Source: an uncultured Acidobacteriaceae bacterium
GTDB lineage: Bacteria > Acidobacteriota > Terriglobia > Terriglobales > Acidobacteriaceae
Length of the DNA stretch: 64,000 nt
Direction of reading: 5' to 3'
NCBI GenBank assembly: GCA_963761405.1
Contig: CAVXHH010000010.1
Coordinates: 39,215 to 103,214 of the forward strand
The translations under genes were made by a program, and so were the position numbers. Positions 30,356 to 39,748 of the stretch are shown here, piece by piece. The notes under the pieces were generated by a model. That model was not told the DNA's origin, searched no databases, and saw only the letters and a program-made list of their open reading frames with translations. Position 1 is the first letter of the stretch; every line of letters begins with the position of its first letter.

Positions 30356-30835
30356 GGAATGCTCTCCTTAAAAACAGGTGCACGGCCGACTTAGGTTGGA
30401 TGCCGGAAGCTGTCTATAAGGTTTGACGCTAGCCCGATAACACATCTTGCTGGTAAATCCCCAGATCCATTCGGCCCAAAGGGTAAGTCCCGTCCGCATC
30501 TAGCCCCGGACGCGTACCACCTGTAATGACCTAAGGAACAGCAATTGGATTGCCTAAGTAACCCAAAAGTGGGAGAAGCGCAATGATTTTTCCGTAAGAT
30601 GCATTGAATCAGTAAATTAATTAACACAAAAAAAGGCATTGCGGAGCGCCCAGAACGCCGCGAATATTCCATAAACCATAGTTTCATCCACCTCGGTCCG
30701 CTTTTTCGTAACTTTTTAATATAAATTTCATGCAGTCTTCATGGAGCTTGCAAAAACCTTCCGCGAAGCTGACTCTCCGCGGCGGAAAACATCACCGCCA
30801 CTGACCAAGTGGCCGGCCCGTCAGCTTGGATACCT

Positions 30836-31064
30836 TAGAGCAGTTTCGCAATTGGTGTGGTCCGACAAAGACTGCGAGGTGTGGTTTTCTCTTGAGAGAA
30901 AACCACGTAAAAGTCTGTCGCTTCCCGTATTTCCTGCCACGCAGCACTGGCTGGAAACAATTATGTGCGACTTTCCTCAAAGAAAGTCGCATGCAGTTCG
31001 GGGGCTCGAACAACATCCACAGGAAACACGGGTTCGGTCTACACCAATTGCGAAATTGCTCTAG
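30836..31064. repeat. MITE-like element, long form (copy D) with nested 107-nt module (30925-31031)
   Basis: TTAGAGCAGTTTCGCAATT ... AATTGCGAAATTGCTCTAG. Collinear with copy B over its full length. Confidence 0.85.
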
Positions 31065-31299
31065 CCTCGGGAGAGATAGCGAGCCAGTAGCTCTCCAAGC
31101 TTTCTTCCCGTAGTGTCAGAACCGTCTCCCTGCTCCTCAGGAGGGCTCAATTGTTGACAGTGTTACAGGCTCATTTCACCAAATCGCATCCGAAACGGGT
31201 GTCCCGCAATTAAATGTTTGTTTTGTTAGGCTTACTTTTTTGTTTCTTGTTAACTATGGAAAAAACTCGTCGGAATCAAAGGCTTCGAGCCGATGGAAA

Positions 31300-31521
31300 G
31301 ACGAATTTCTCAGGCAGGGCACTGCTGCCTCGCCGCAGCGAGCGTTAGCCGCGCCGCAATGCGTCGAAAATATTTTGGGCTTTACAGGCTGCGGAAAAAG
31401 GCGTCTTCAGGGTAGGCCGGGGATTTATCCCCGGCATTAACGTCGCCATCCTTGTGGCCTTTAGGCCCTGAGGTACGGTTTTTCGCGGGATTGCAGTCGA
31501 AAAGCATACCTCAGGGCCTAA
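31300..31521. repeat. REP-like mosaic repeat cluster 1
   Basis: Contains GGGCTTTACAGGCTGCGGAAAAA (31377-31399), the hairpin GCCGGGGA-TTTA-TCCCCGGC, and a 15-bp perfect inverted repeat TTAGGCCCTGAGGTA / TACCTCAGGGCCTAA (about 31460-31521). Confidence 0.7.
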
Positions 31522-32138
31522 AAGGCCGAAGAGTCTCGCCCGATTAAAGTACGGGCTTTAAACAGTTTTAGCTGCTTTTCCTGAGCAAGCCTGGTTGCAT
31601 TCGCAACTAGGGCACTGCGGCCGAAGTGAGCGAACACATCGCCAAGCTGCGCAGAAACCTGGCCTCGCATATGCCAGTAGGAGTCGTGCCTGGTGTTAGC
31701 AGTATAAGAAGCATCCTCAGCCTGATAGCGAGTGAAGAATCCCGGAAGATCCGCATCGGAAATGCCGCTTGCGATCGCGCGTAGAACAGACACCCCGGCG
31801 TCATGACGAGCGTTCATGTCACATAGAGTTTGTAGAAAGAAATCCGACTTGTCCTGGCCGATATAGCTACCGTGGGCGAAAAAGACGCCATCTAGAGAGA
31901 TCGTGATGCTCGTTGTCGCCTCGTATTCAGGGGCCAACGCCGCGTCTTGCGCGGTGAGACTTTGAGCGTCCTGAGCGGATATTCTGCCGAACTCCGTCGC
32001 CGACATGCTACGCGTCGGAGAGATCACCCTGACAGACCCGACTGCTATGCCATAGCCACCCGCGAGCGATTGGCGTGAGCGCTCCAGCAACGAACGCGAG
32101 TGGGTCCAACGGACATCGGCTGGCGGGGATTCGGTCAT
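31518..32138 (-). CDS. hypothetical protein (no recognisable family)
   Basis: 206-codon ORF from ATG 32138 (a TTG alternative lies at 32177). No signal peptide or motif recognised. Flanked by repeats and by a strong terminator of the upstream gene. Confidence 0.45.
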   Translation of the reverse strand: MTESPPADVRWTHSRSLLERSRQSLAGGYGIAVGSVRVISPTRSMSATEFGRISAQDAQSLTAQDAALAPEYEATTSITISLDGVFFAHGSYIGQDKSDFFLQTLCDMNARHDAGVSVLRAIASGISDADLPGFFTRYQAEDASYTANTRHDSYWHMRGQVSAQLGDVFAHFGRSALVANATRLAQEKQLKLFKARTLIGRDSSAF

Positions 32139-32334
32139 CACCGCTAATTTTACGGCGTGAGTTTTCAGACGCAGCAAGGGCGCCGGAGCTTCTATTCTCC
32201 GGCGCCCTTGCTCGTCATGCGCACCAATGTACGCGTTTGCGCCTCAATCGCAGCAGGGCAAACCAAGGCCGGGATCGCAACCCGATACCGGCAAGATGCT
32301 GGTGACAACGGGATGTAACCCGACCCGCATCAAG

Positions 32335-32369
32335 CCTAAAAGAAAAAGGGCCGGGATCGCTCCCGGCCC
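32335..32369 (-). terminator. rho-independent terminator of the TonB-dependent receptor gene
   Basis: GGGCCGGGA-TCGC-TCCCGGCCC hairpin 17 nt after the stop, followed on the minus strand by UUUUUCUUUU. Confidence 0.7.
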
Positions 32370-32385
32370 CTCAGGTCGTTAGCGT

Positions 32386-35300
32386 TTAGAAGATGACTTT
32401 AAGAGCTCCCTGAATCTGGCGAGCGCCCGTCGTGCCGTCGTTCTGCCCCAGCTGAGACGTGGAAATGCCAAACTGTGGCGAGGTGAAGGTCAAGGCTGCG
32501 GGCGAAGAGAAGTTGGGGTGATTGAGCACGTTATAGCTTTCTGCGCGAAAGACCACCTTCACTCCTTCGATCAGAGACTGCGTCTTTTGGAACACCACGT
32601 CCGTGTTTACGAAGCCCGGGCCATAGTAGGCATTTCGTCCGATCGACACTGGGACGTCGAAGGGTGCATTCGCGAAAGCGCCGGCGGATGGGCCGGTGAT
32701 TTTGCCACCGGAGACAATCGTTCCCCGGCCTGATGGGTAGGCTTTGCCAACCAATTGAGGACGATCCGTAAGCCCGGTATGCAGGTTATCGCGTGTGCCG
32801 CGCAAGTCGAACGGAAGCCCGGTCTGAACCTGTTGGATACCTGACAGCTGGATACCTTCGAAGATGCGGCCAAGGACGCCGTTCGAAAGGAACTGCTCTC
32901 CGTGGCCGATGGGCAGCGCGTACACAATGGCAGCCGTACCGCGCTGACGAACGTCAAAGGGCGAGTTGCCGTATTCCGCTTTTATGTTAAAGGTGTCGCG
33001 AGGCAGACCGCTATTGCCGGCGCCAGGAGCCAGGGGATCGCTCCCGTCGTCGAGCGAGTGCGCGAAGGTGTAGCTGCCTAGCAGGCTGAATCCACCCAGG
33101 CGCTGGGTGACTTTGATCTGGGCGGCGTTGTAATTGCTCGAGGCAATTGCGGTCTGCTGCAGGTCTTGGAAGAAGGCAGTATTGTTGGTCGCTCCGGCGA
33201 GGTAAAGATTGGTGAACTGCAGGGAAGATGGATCAGCGCCCGAAGCAATCAGTTGCTGAACCAATGCAGGTTGTGGCGGAGCACCATCGATTTCCCTAAG
33301 TAGATGGGTGCCGTGGCTGCCTACATAATCGATTTCAGCCGTAAGACCGCGCCCGAATTCGTGTTGCACACCAAGATTCCAGGTTTGGCTGCCGGGTATT
33401 TTCAGATGGGGGTCGATTGTGACCGGTGTGTTGAAGTCGCCGTTCGTGATGTTGGCGGAAGGAGTAAGGTTGCCCGGCAGAGGAGCACTGGCGACTACCG
33501 GCGTTGGGGTCCCAGGGATGAAGTTTCCATGCGCGCCCAGGTTCAACGGAAACTCGTTCAAGGAAGTCTGGAATGGCGGGTTCGACTTGGCGTTCCCGAA
33601 CAGGTTGTCGAAGACGCGATCATGGAAAATACCGTAGCCGGCACGGATTGCTGTCTTGCCATCTCCATTCGGATCATAGGCAAAGCCGATCCGTGGCTCC
33701 AGCAGTCTCAAGCTGTCGCTATAAAGCTGTCTGCCGGTGCCGGGGCCTACCGGGGTGAAGCTGAAATAGCCTACAGCCGGAACGGGAGCGGAAGCATCCC
33801 CGAAGAAGTTAGAGAAATTACCGTCTCTTTCATAAGGGACACCGTTGAACTCGTAACGGAAACCGAGATTCGCGGTGAATTTCCGTGAGATCTTCCAGTC
33901 GTCCTGGAAGAAAATTCCGAACTCATGCTGCACGAAGCGGGTCGTGTCTGTTGGCCGCCGGACGCCAGCACGGGTAAAGAATTGATATTCCGAGGAATTG
34001 GCGATTGCCCCCGTCGCTCCCCAGATCAAGTCTTGCAAGTTCAGATAACTGGCCGCGTTCGGGTCGGAATTGTAAGCCGGGACGCCATACGTCGTGAAAT
34101 TGTTCAGCGCCAGCAAGTTGCGCGAGAAAAAATTGTCGAAACTCGTGTCCTTCACGTCGCGGAACTCGCCCCCGAAACGGAGAGAGTGCGCTCCCTGCGT
34201 CAGCGAAAACGTATCGGCCAGTAACAGCGTAGAGCTGAGGCGCGCCTGACCATTGCTTTCGCCGAGGTCAACGCAACCGAGAGTGAAGAAATAAGGGATA
34301 TCGACATCGCGGCCATTGCCGAAATTGTCAAGCCCCGTAATGGCGTCGATGCCGTTGTGGTCACACAGGAAGGCCGCGTTGTTAAGGTTATAACCGGCGC
34401 GAAACAGGTTGCTTGCCTTCACACCCAGGCTGGAGGCGATGGAGATAACGCCGTTGTGGGTGGTGGCAGGAACCGAGGTGGTGCCGTAGCCCGGCAGCAC
34501 TTCATCATGAAACGGATCAGATTCGTTCGAGTGGGAATACTGATACCGCACGGTCAATTGATGTTTTTCCGTAAGCTTCTGGTCAAACCTGCCGGTGAAG
34601 CTATACGAATTCAACCTATCTGGCGAAGCAAACGCGTAAATGGTACTGACTCCGTCGCCCAGGTCGGACTGGCCTACGGGTGCGAGCGCAAGAATGCGGG
34701 ACACGGTAGGGTCGCGCGGCAGGCCAGTCAAGTTATTGGGATTTGCTGCATTGGTAAGATCCACGAAGGTCTGCGTTCCGTCCACCGGATCGGTATAGGT
34801 AAATACGCCGCTCTTGAAGGCCGCTGTCGGAGTAGTCTGGAAGGCAGTGGTGGTCGTCCGAAATCGCTGCGCCTCGCCATTGAGAAAAAAGAAGGTGTGG
34901 TCCTTCCAGGCGGGGCCACCGACCGAGGCGCCAAAGTCGTTGCGGACATATGGGTTTTGCGGGCCGTCCTCCTTCTTATTGAAGAAGTCTCGGGCGCCAA
35001 GGGCGTTGTAGCGTCCAAATTCGTAGGCATCCCCGTGGAAAGCATTCGTGCCGTCGCGGGTAAGCACATCGATAATGGCGCCGGTATTGCGGCCATACTC
35101 GGCATCAAAGTTATTCGTGATTACGCGGAACTCCTGCGCGGAGTCTGGATTCGCCGACGAGATACCGCCCTGCCCACCCGGCACGGACGTGTCATTGTTG
35201 TCGGCGCCATCGAGCAGGAAGTTGTTGTTGCGGTCACGCTGTCCGTTCACTGAAAATCCGCCGATGTTGTTCGTGCTGGTCACGACACCGGGCGAAAGCA

Positions 35301-35802
35301 GGACCAGCTGATAAGGATCACGCAGGATCAGCGGAAGGTCATTGATCTGCTGCGAATCGATCACCGTGGATAGCTCTGAGGTCTGCGTTTCGACAGGGGC
35401 GCCCTGCTCAGCAGCCACCCTGACAGTCTGATTCGCGGATCCCACACCCAACTTGAAGTTAACCGCCAGGACCTGGGCGATGGTGAGAACCAGACTGCTT
35501 CGCGTGTTGGCCGCGAAGCCTGTAGCGGTCACCGTCACGTCATAGCTCGAGGGTGGCAGACCAGCAAAATTGTAAACGCCGGCCGAGGAGGAGGTGACAG
35601 TCTGGGTAAGGGCCGTCGCCGTGTTGGTCGCCGTCAAGGTGGCATTGATCACAGCGCGGCCGCTGGGATCCAGAACCTGACCGGTGATGCTGCCAGTTTG
35701 TGCGAAAGCCTGCGAGGTAAACGAAAACAGAAGGATGGCGAAGGTCAGGAGGAGGCTCGCGGAAGAAATGAGGGGAGTCGTGCGAGAGTTGATGACAGTC
35801 AT
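32386..35802 (-). CDS. TonB-dependent receptor with N-terminal carboxypeptidase-regulatory-like domain
   Basis: 1138 aa. Signal peptide. GQVLDPSGRAVINATLTATN beta-sandwich. Barrel ending ...ALKVIF. Confidence 0.9.
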   Translation of the reverse strand: MTVINSRTTPLISSASLLLTFAILLFSFTSQAFAQTGSITGQVLDPSGRAVINATLTATNTATALTQTVTSSSAGVYNFAGLPPSSYDVTVTATGFAANTRSSLVLTIAQVLAVNFKLGVGSANQTVRVAAEQGAPVETQTSELSTVIDSQQINDLPLILRDPYQLVLLSPGVVTSTNNIGGFSVNGQRDRNNNFLLDGADNNDTSVPGGQGGISSANPDSAQEFRVITNNFDAEYGRNTGAIIDVLTRDGTNAFHGDAYEFGRYNALGARDFFNKKEDGPQNPYVRNDFGASVGGPAWKDHTFFFLNGEAQRFRTTTTAFQTTPTAAFKSGVFTYTDPVDGTQTFVDLTNAANPNNLTGLPRDPTVSRILALAPVGQSDLGDGVSTIYAFASPDRLNSYSFTGRFDQKLTEKHQLTVRYQYSHSNESDPFHDEVLPGYGTTSVPATTHNGVISIASSLGVKASNLFRAGYNLNNAAFLCDHNGIDAITGLDNFGNGRDVDIPYFFTLGCVDLGESNGQARLSSTLLLADTFSLTQGAHSLRFGGEFRDVKDTSFDNFFSRNLLALNNFTTYGVPAYNSDPNAASYLNLQDLIWGATGAIANSSEYQFFTRAGVRRPTDTTRFVQHEFGIFFQDDWKISRKFTANLGFRYEFNGVPYERDGNFSNFFGDASAPVPAVGYFSFTPVGPGTGRQLYSDSLRLLEPRIGFAYDPNGDGKTAIRAGYGIFHDRVFDNLFGNAKSNPPFQTSLNEFPLNLGAHGNFIPGTPTPVVASAPLPGNLTPSANITNGDFNTPVTIDPHLKIPGSQTWNLGVQHEFGRGLTAEIDYVGSHGTHLLREIDGAPPQPALVQQLIASGADPSSLQFTNLYLAGATNNTAFFQDLQQTAIASSNYNAAQIKVTQRLGGFSLLGSYTFAHSLDDGSDPLAPGAGNSGLPRDTFNIKAEYGNSPFDVRQRGTAAIVYALPIGHGEQFLSNGVLGRIFEGIQLSGIQQVQTGLPFDLRGTRDNLHTGLTDRPQLVGKAYPSGRGTIVSGGKITGPSAGAFANAPFDVPVSIGRNAYYGPGFVNTDVVFQKTQSLIEGVKVVFRAESYNVLNHPNFSSPAALTFTSPQFGISTSQLGQNDGTTGARQIQGALKVIF

Positions 35803-36510
35803 TGAATGGCCCTTCGTTTTCAGGATTTCTAGAGAGTACTTAGCCTAAAGATCAATTTACGCTGCAAGTCGAGTACCATTCCCGCGTACCACCCGATTTG
35901 TGGCTGCGACCGTTCCAATTTCGTTAATCCCTGCTCAAGGGAAGAAAACTGGAGAAACGAACTAAGAGAGGTTTTCGCGTAAGCTCACCGTCGTCGTCGA
36001 TTCGAAGCCCTGGGATCGCGTCTAGATGTTGCAATGCGAGTGCTTAGTTCGGTCCGGTTTAGTCCAGGACCCGCCCAGGCTCTCCTACTTCGACCCCACT
36101 AGAGCACCTCCGTTGTCGAAACGATTTGCCCGCGCTGCGCGAACGGCGGTTCGATTCAGTCAAATCGAGCTCAGGGAATGGCAAAGCAAATTATTAAATT
36201 TCGAGGAAAAGAGCGGCAGAGAATATGTTTTTTCATATGCGTGTCATTTCCCCGGCGTGTTCAGAGCCTGTGGAGAGGTTGGCCGGCGCAAGATACGGCA
36301 GGTCCTGGCACAGCACCAGGAGGCTCATTGCCACCATGCGGCCCCTGGCCACCGTACGTTGTGGACCGGCCGGCACTTTGGCCATTGGGTCCGGTGAGCG
36401 TTTCCTTTGTCGCGCCGGCCTCGCGCTTTACGTTGCGCGTGCCTGTTTGACCGTAGGGCCCGTTGGTCGTGGATTGAAACCCGTGCCCTTCCCTTGAGAT
36501 TCATTCGTTC

Positions 36511-37077
36511 CTATTTTGCGCTAGCGCTCATCGCTTTGCGCATCTGAGCTTCTGCCGCATCGCTCCAGTATCTGCAATTAAGCTGCAGGAACACGGAGGT
36601 ATAAGGAACCGTCATAGTCGTTTTCAAGACGAGAACGTGAAACGTCTTCCCCACTTCGTCCACCTTGGCGATGATTTGTTCATGTGGCAGCGACGTGATC
36701 GCTCGTCCCCTGAGCGTTGTTTTGATTCGCTCGCGGTACTCAGTCACTCCGGGCGCATCTTTCTCGGGAACGAACGGGAGCTCGGCATCCATGTAGACGA
36801 TGGGCCTCACCTGGATCGAGCTGTCGATCGCGTCCAGAACGGTGCGTACCACCTCTATCTGGTCTGCGTTGGTTTCAATCGTTTCCACACCCGCCGAGCT
36901 CTGTAAGGGATACGCGGAATCGACAATCATGATCCAGTTGCGATGGCCGAGCAAAGGCAATACCCGCCCCAGTCTTGTTTGCCACTCCGCCGTGGGCCGC
37001 TGCGCACCGGCCGGGAGATGGGTCAGCATCACCAGTGACGCCAACAGGGATACGATTGCCTTGCGTCTGCCGATCAT
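36511..37077 (-). CDS. RbsD/FucU (sugar mutarotase)-like protein with signal peptide
   Basis: LGHRNWIMIVDSAYPLQS resembles the FucU MGHGDEIIFSDAHFP region. The C-terminal ...FHVLVLKTT...YTSVFLQLNC resembles the FucU tail. The ATG overlaps the fucP stop (ATGA at 37074-37077). Confidence 0.55.
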   Translation of the reverse strand: MIGRRKAIVSLLASLVMLTHLPAGAQRPTAEWQTRLGRVLPLLGHRNWIMIVDSAYPLQSSAGVETIETNADQIEVVRTVLDAIDSSIQVRPIVYMDAELPFVPEKDAPGVTEYRERIKTTLRGRAITSLPHEQIIAKVDEVGKTFHVLVLKTTMTVPYTSVFLQLNCRYWSDAAEAQMRKAMSASAK

Positions 37078-38402
37078 GCGTTCCCTCCTGCAAAAGCCTC
37101 TCTTCGCTTCATGCGGACCCCGAGAAAGGAGTAGAGCGCGATGCCGCAGTAGCAAACGAACGGCACCATGTAGGCCTCCGCGATACTGTGTTGCGTCTGC
37201 GAGATCCAACCCATCAGCGGCGTGAGCACGGCGCCTCCGACAATCGCCATCACGATCAGCGATCCCCCAATTTTCGTATTCCGATCCAGCCCGTCGATGC
37301 CCAAAGCAAAAATCGTAGGGAACATGACTGACATAAAAAAGCTGGTGACGAAGATGGCCCAGAGTCCTACCCAGCCGGGGAAGGCCACCCCCACAGCCAC
37401 CAGGGCAATATTCACCAGGCTATACACGCCCATCAGGGTAGCCGGCTTGACGTAGCGCATCAGGGCCGCCGAGCTGAACCTACCCAAGCCGAACGCAACC
37501 AGCGTGCCGGTAAGAAAGTAGCCGGCGATCTTTTCCGGCTCATGCGTCCCATCCTGCACGTACTGGATAAAGTAGCTCCAGGTGCCAACCTGGGCGCCCA
37601 CATAGAGGAATTGCGCGACGATGGCGAAAAGAAAATTAGGGTAACGCAGCAACTCTCTAAAGCTGCCGTGATCCTGTTGCGCGTCCTCGTGCTCTCTGGC
37701 AATGGCAGGAAACTTCGTACGCGCGATCATGAAAGCCCAAATGAGCGCAATGAGCCCAACCACCAGGTAGGGAACCACCACGCGCATCGTCTCGTGCTTC
37801 AGGTAGGCGTCATACGTATGGGCGGCGCGCATCGCGGCTGTCTGTTGCGGTGTGAGCTCTACACCAGAAAAGATGAAAATTGTGCCGCCCAATACCCCAC
37901 TGATAGCTCCCAAAGGATTAAATGCCTGAGAGAAGTTCAAACGGCGGGCGGCGCTTTCAGGCGAACCCAGCTGCGCGATGAAAGGGTTGGAAGCTGTCTC
38001 CAGAAATGAAAGCCCGCTGGCAATGACGAACAGGGCGAAGAGGAAGAAACCGTAGCGCCCCATGAGCGCGGCCGGCCAGAAAAGGAATGTTCCGCTGGCG
38101 AAGAGAAGCAGTCCCACCACGATACCGAATTTATAGCCCATCTTGCGCATCAACAGCGCCGCGGGAATGGCCAGTACAAAATAACCCATGTAGAACGCCG
38201 ACTGCACCAGTCCAGCTTCAAATCGAGTGATGGCGAACGACTTCATGAACTGGCGAATGAGAACGTCGTTCAAATTGTTCGGAACCCCCCAAAGAAAGAA
38301 CAGCGCGGTTACCAGGAAGAAGGGAACAGCCAATCCCTTGGAGAACAGTGGCTGTGTTGTATGCGCGACTTCTTTCGGGTCCGTAGACAGAGGCACCAGC
38401 AT
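37074..38402 (-). CDS. fucP: L-fucose:H+ symporter permease (MFS)
   Basis: 442 aa, 12 TM. The N-terminal FFLWGVPNNLNDVLIRQFMKSF...GLVQSAFYMGYF pattern is typical of FucP. Confidence 0.85.
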   Translation of the reverse strand: MLVPLSTDPKEVAHTTQPLFSKGLAVPFFLVTALFFLWGVPNNLNDVLIRQFMKSFAITRFEAGLVQSAFYMGYFVLAIPAALLMRKMGYKFGIVVGLLLFASGTFLFWPAALMGRYGFFLFALFVIASGLSFLETASNPFIAQLGSPESAARRLNFSQAFNPLGAISGVLGGTIFIFSGVELTPQQTAAMRAAHTYDAYLKHETMRVVVPYLVVGLIALIWAFMIARTKFPAIAREHEDAQQDHGSFRELLRYPNFLFAIVAQFLYVGAQVGTWSYFIQYVQDGTHEPEKIAGYFLTGTLVAFGLGRFSSAALMRYVKPATLMGVYSLVNIALVAVGVAFPGWVGLWAIFVTSFFMSVMFPTIFALGIDGLDRNTKIGGSLIVMAIVGGAVLTPLMGWISQTQHSIAEAYMVPFVCYCGIALYSFLGVRMKRREAFAGGNA

Positions 38403-38586
38403 CGAAGCGTGTGTCCTTTCCTGGTTTGTAACTAATCAATCTCCACAAAGGTGGACGTGGATGCCCAGCTCCGCCATCATCGCCGCTTTGGCCGCCGGCG
38501 CCTGGTCGGCTACCTGGCGAGTGGGAGCAACGATAGCAGTTGCACCACGCTCGTGGCAAAATGGTGTGCGCCGATGTTTCGAAGGC

Positions 38587-38608
38587 TAAAGCATTTTCGC
38601 AATGCTCT
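38587..38608. repeat. solo/minimal terminal repeat of the MITE-like family
   Basis: TAAAGCATTTTCGCAATGCTCT. It contains ATG 38602, which opens the longest version of the following ORF. Confidence 0.45.
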
Positions 38609-38631
38609 GGCGAATCATCGCAGGTACAGGA

Positions 38632-39690
38632 ATGGAAGCAGTCTCGAGACCCTGGGTCGTACTGGTCGGGGGATTTTTAGGATCAGGCAAAACCACGTTG
38701 ATCCTGGCCGCGGCGCGTGAACTGGACCGGCGCGGTTTGCGCAGCGCCATGGTTTGGAATGATCAGGGCCATGACCTGGTCGACCGCCGCTATGCAGATC
38801 TGTCGGGCGTCCGCTCTGAGGAAGTCACTGGCGGGTGCTTCTGCTGCCGCCTTTCCGGCCTGATGCATGCCATCGGCGATCTCCGCGCTCATTCGCCCGA
38901 TGTGATTTTCGCGGAACCGGTGGGAAGCTGCACCGATCTCTCCGCCACCGTGCTTCGGCCACTGCTCGAATACAGCGACACCTATCGGCTCTCGCCGCTT
39001 ACCGTCCTGGTCGATCCGCTTCGCGCCCGCGGCATGCTCGAAAAGAATGCCGACCCCGACATGCGGTTTTTGTTTGACAAGCAAATCCAGGAAGCCGATC
39101 TGGTCTGTTTCACCAAGTCCGACCTCACCTCCGAATATCCCCAAATCGACGCCCCGCACGTGCGCCGGTTAAGCGCCAGGACGGGGCAGGGTGTCGTTGC
39201 CTGGTTAGACGAGGTTCTCTCTGGTGCAATTGCCGCCGGCGAGCAAAGGCTGGAGATTGATTACTCCGAATATGCCCGGGCGGAGGCGGCACTTGCCTGG
39301 TTGAATCTGCGAGCGCTTTTCGAACCTGGGAATTTGCTCTCTCCGGCGATGCTCCTTGGGCCCTTGCTCGACAGCATCGATGGCGCGCTCACCGCCGGCA
39401 AAATCTCCATCGCCCACGTGAAAGCAACCGTTACCGCCCCCACGGGTTGGGTCAGGGCAGCGATCTGTGCGAATGGGCAGGAACCAATGGTCGACGGGGA
39501 TCTCGACGCCTCACCTGCCGGCAAGTTGGAGTTACTGCTCAACCTTCGCGCCGTCGGCGATCCCGCCGAGGTGCGCGCGATTGTGGAGCGGGAGGTTCAT
39601 AGGCTGGACGCCGGCCTTACCCAATGTACTGTCGACTGCTTTAGCCCCGCGCCGCCTGTTCCGGAGCGCCGTATCCCTGTGGCGGGATAG
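38632..39690 (+). CDS. COG0523/CobW-family G3E GTPase (putative metallochaperone)
   Basis: P-loop GGFLGSGKTT and CxCC motif GGCFCC. Start ATG 38632 (MEAVSRPWVVLVGG); the alternative ATG 38602 lies in the repeat remnant. Confidence 0.75.
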   Translation: MEAVSRPWVVLVGGFLGSGKTTLILAAARELDRRGLRSAMVWNDQGHDLVDRRYADLSGVRSEEVTGGCFCCRLSGLMHAIGDLRAHSPDVIFAEPVGSCTDLSATVLRPLLEYSDTYRLSPLTVLVDPLRARGMLEKNADPDMRFLFDKQIQEADLVCFTKSDLTSEYPQIDAPHVRRLSARTGQGVVAWLDEVLSGAIAAGEQRLEIDYSEYARAEAALAWLNLRALFEPGNLLSPAMLLGPLLDSIDGALTAGKISIAHVKATVTAPTGWVRAAICANGQEPMVDGDLDASPAGKLELLLNLRAVGDPAEVRAIVEREVHRLDAGLTQCTVDCFSPAPPVPERRIPVAG

Positions 39691-39748
39691 CGCTGCGCGA
39701 CTGCGCAGATCGGGTCGCGCTGTCGATGTCGTGGTCCGAGGAGCTGCC

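Noticed and set aside
36455-36480. tRNA-like T-arm (GGGTTTCAATCCACG on the minus strand)
   Set aside because: The flanking bases do not form a T-stem, and no acceptor, D or anticodon arms could be built. No tRNA gene was recognised anywhere in the window.
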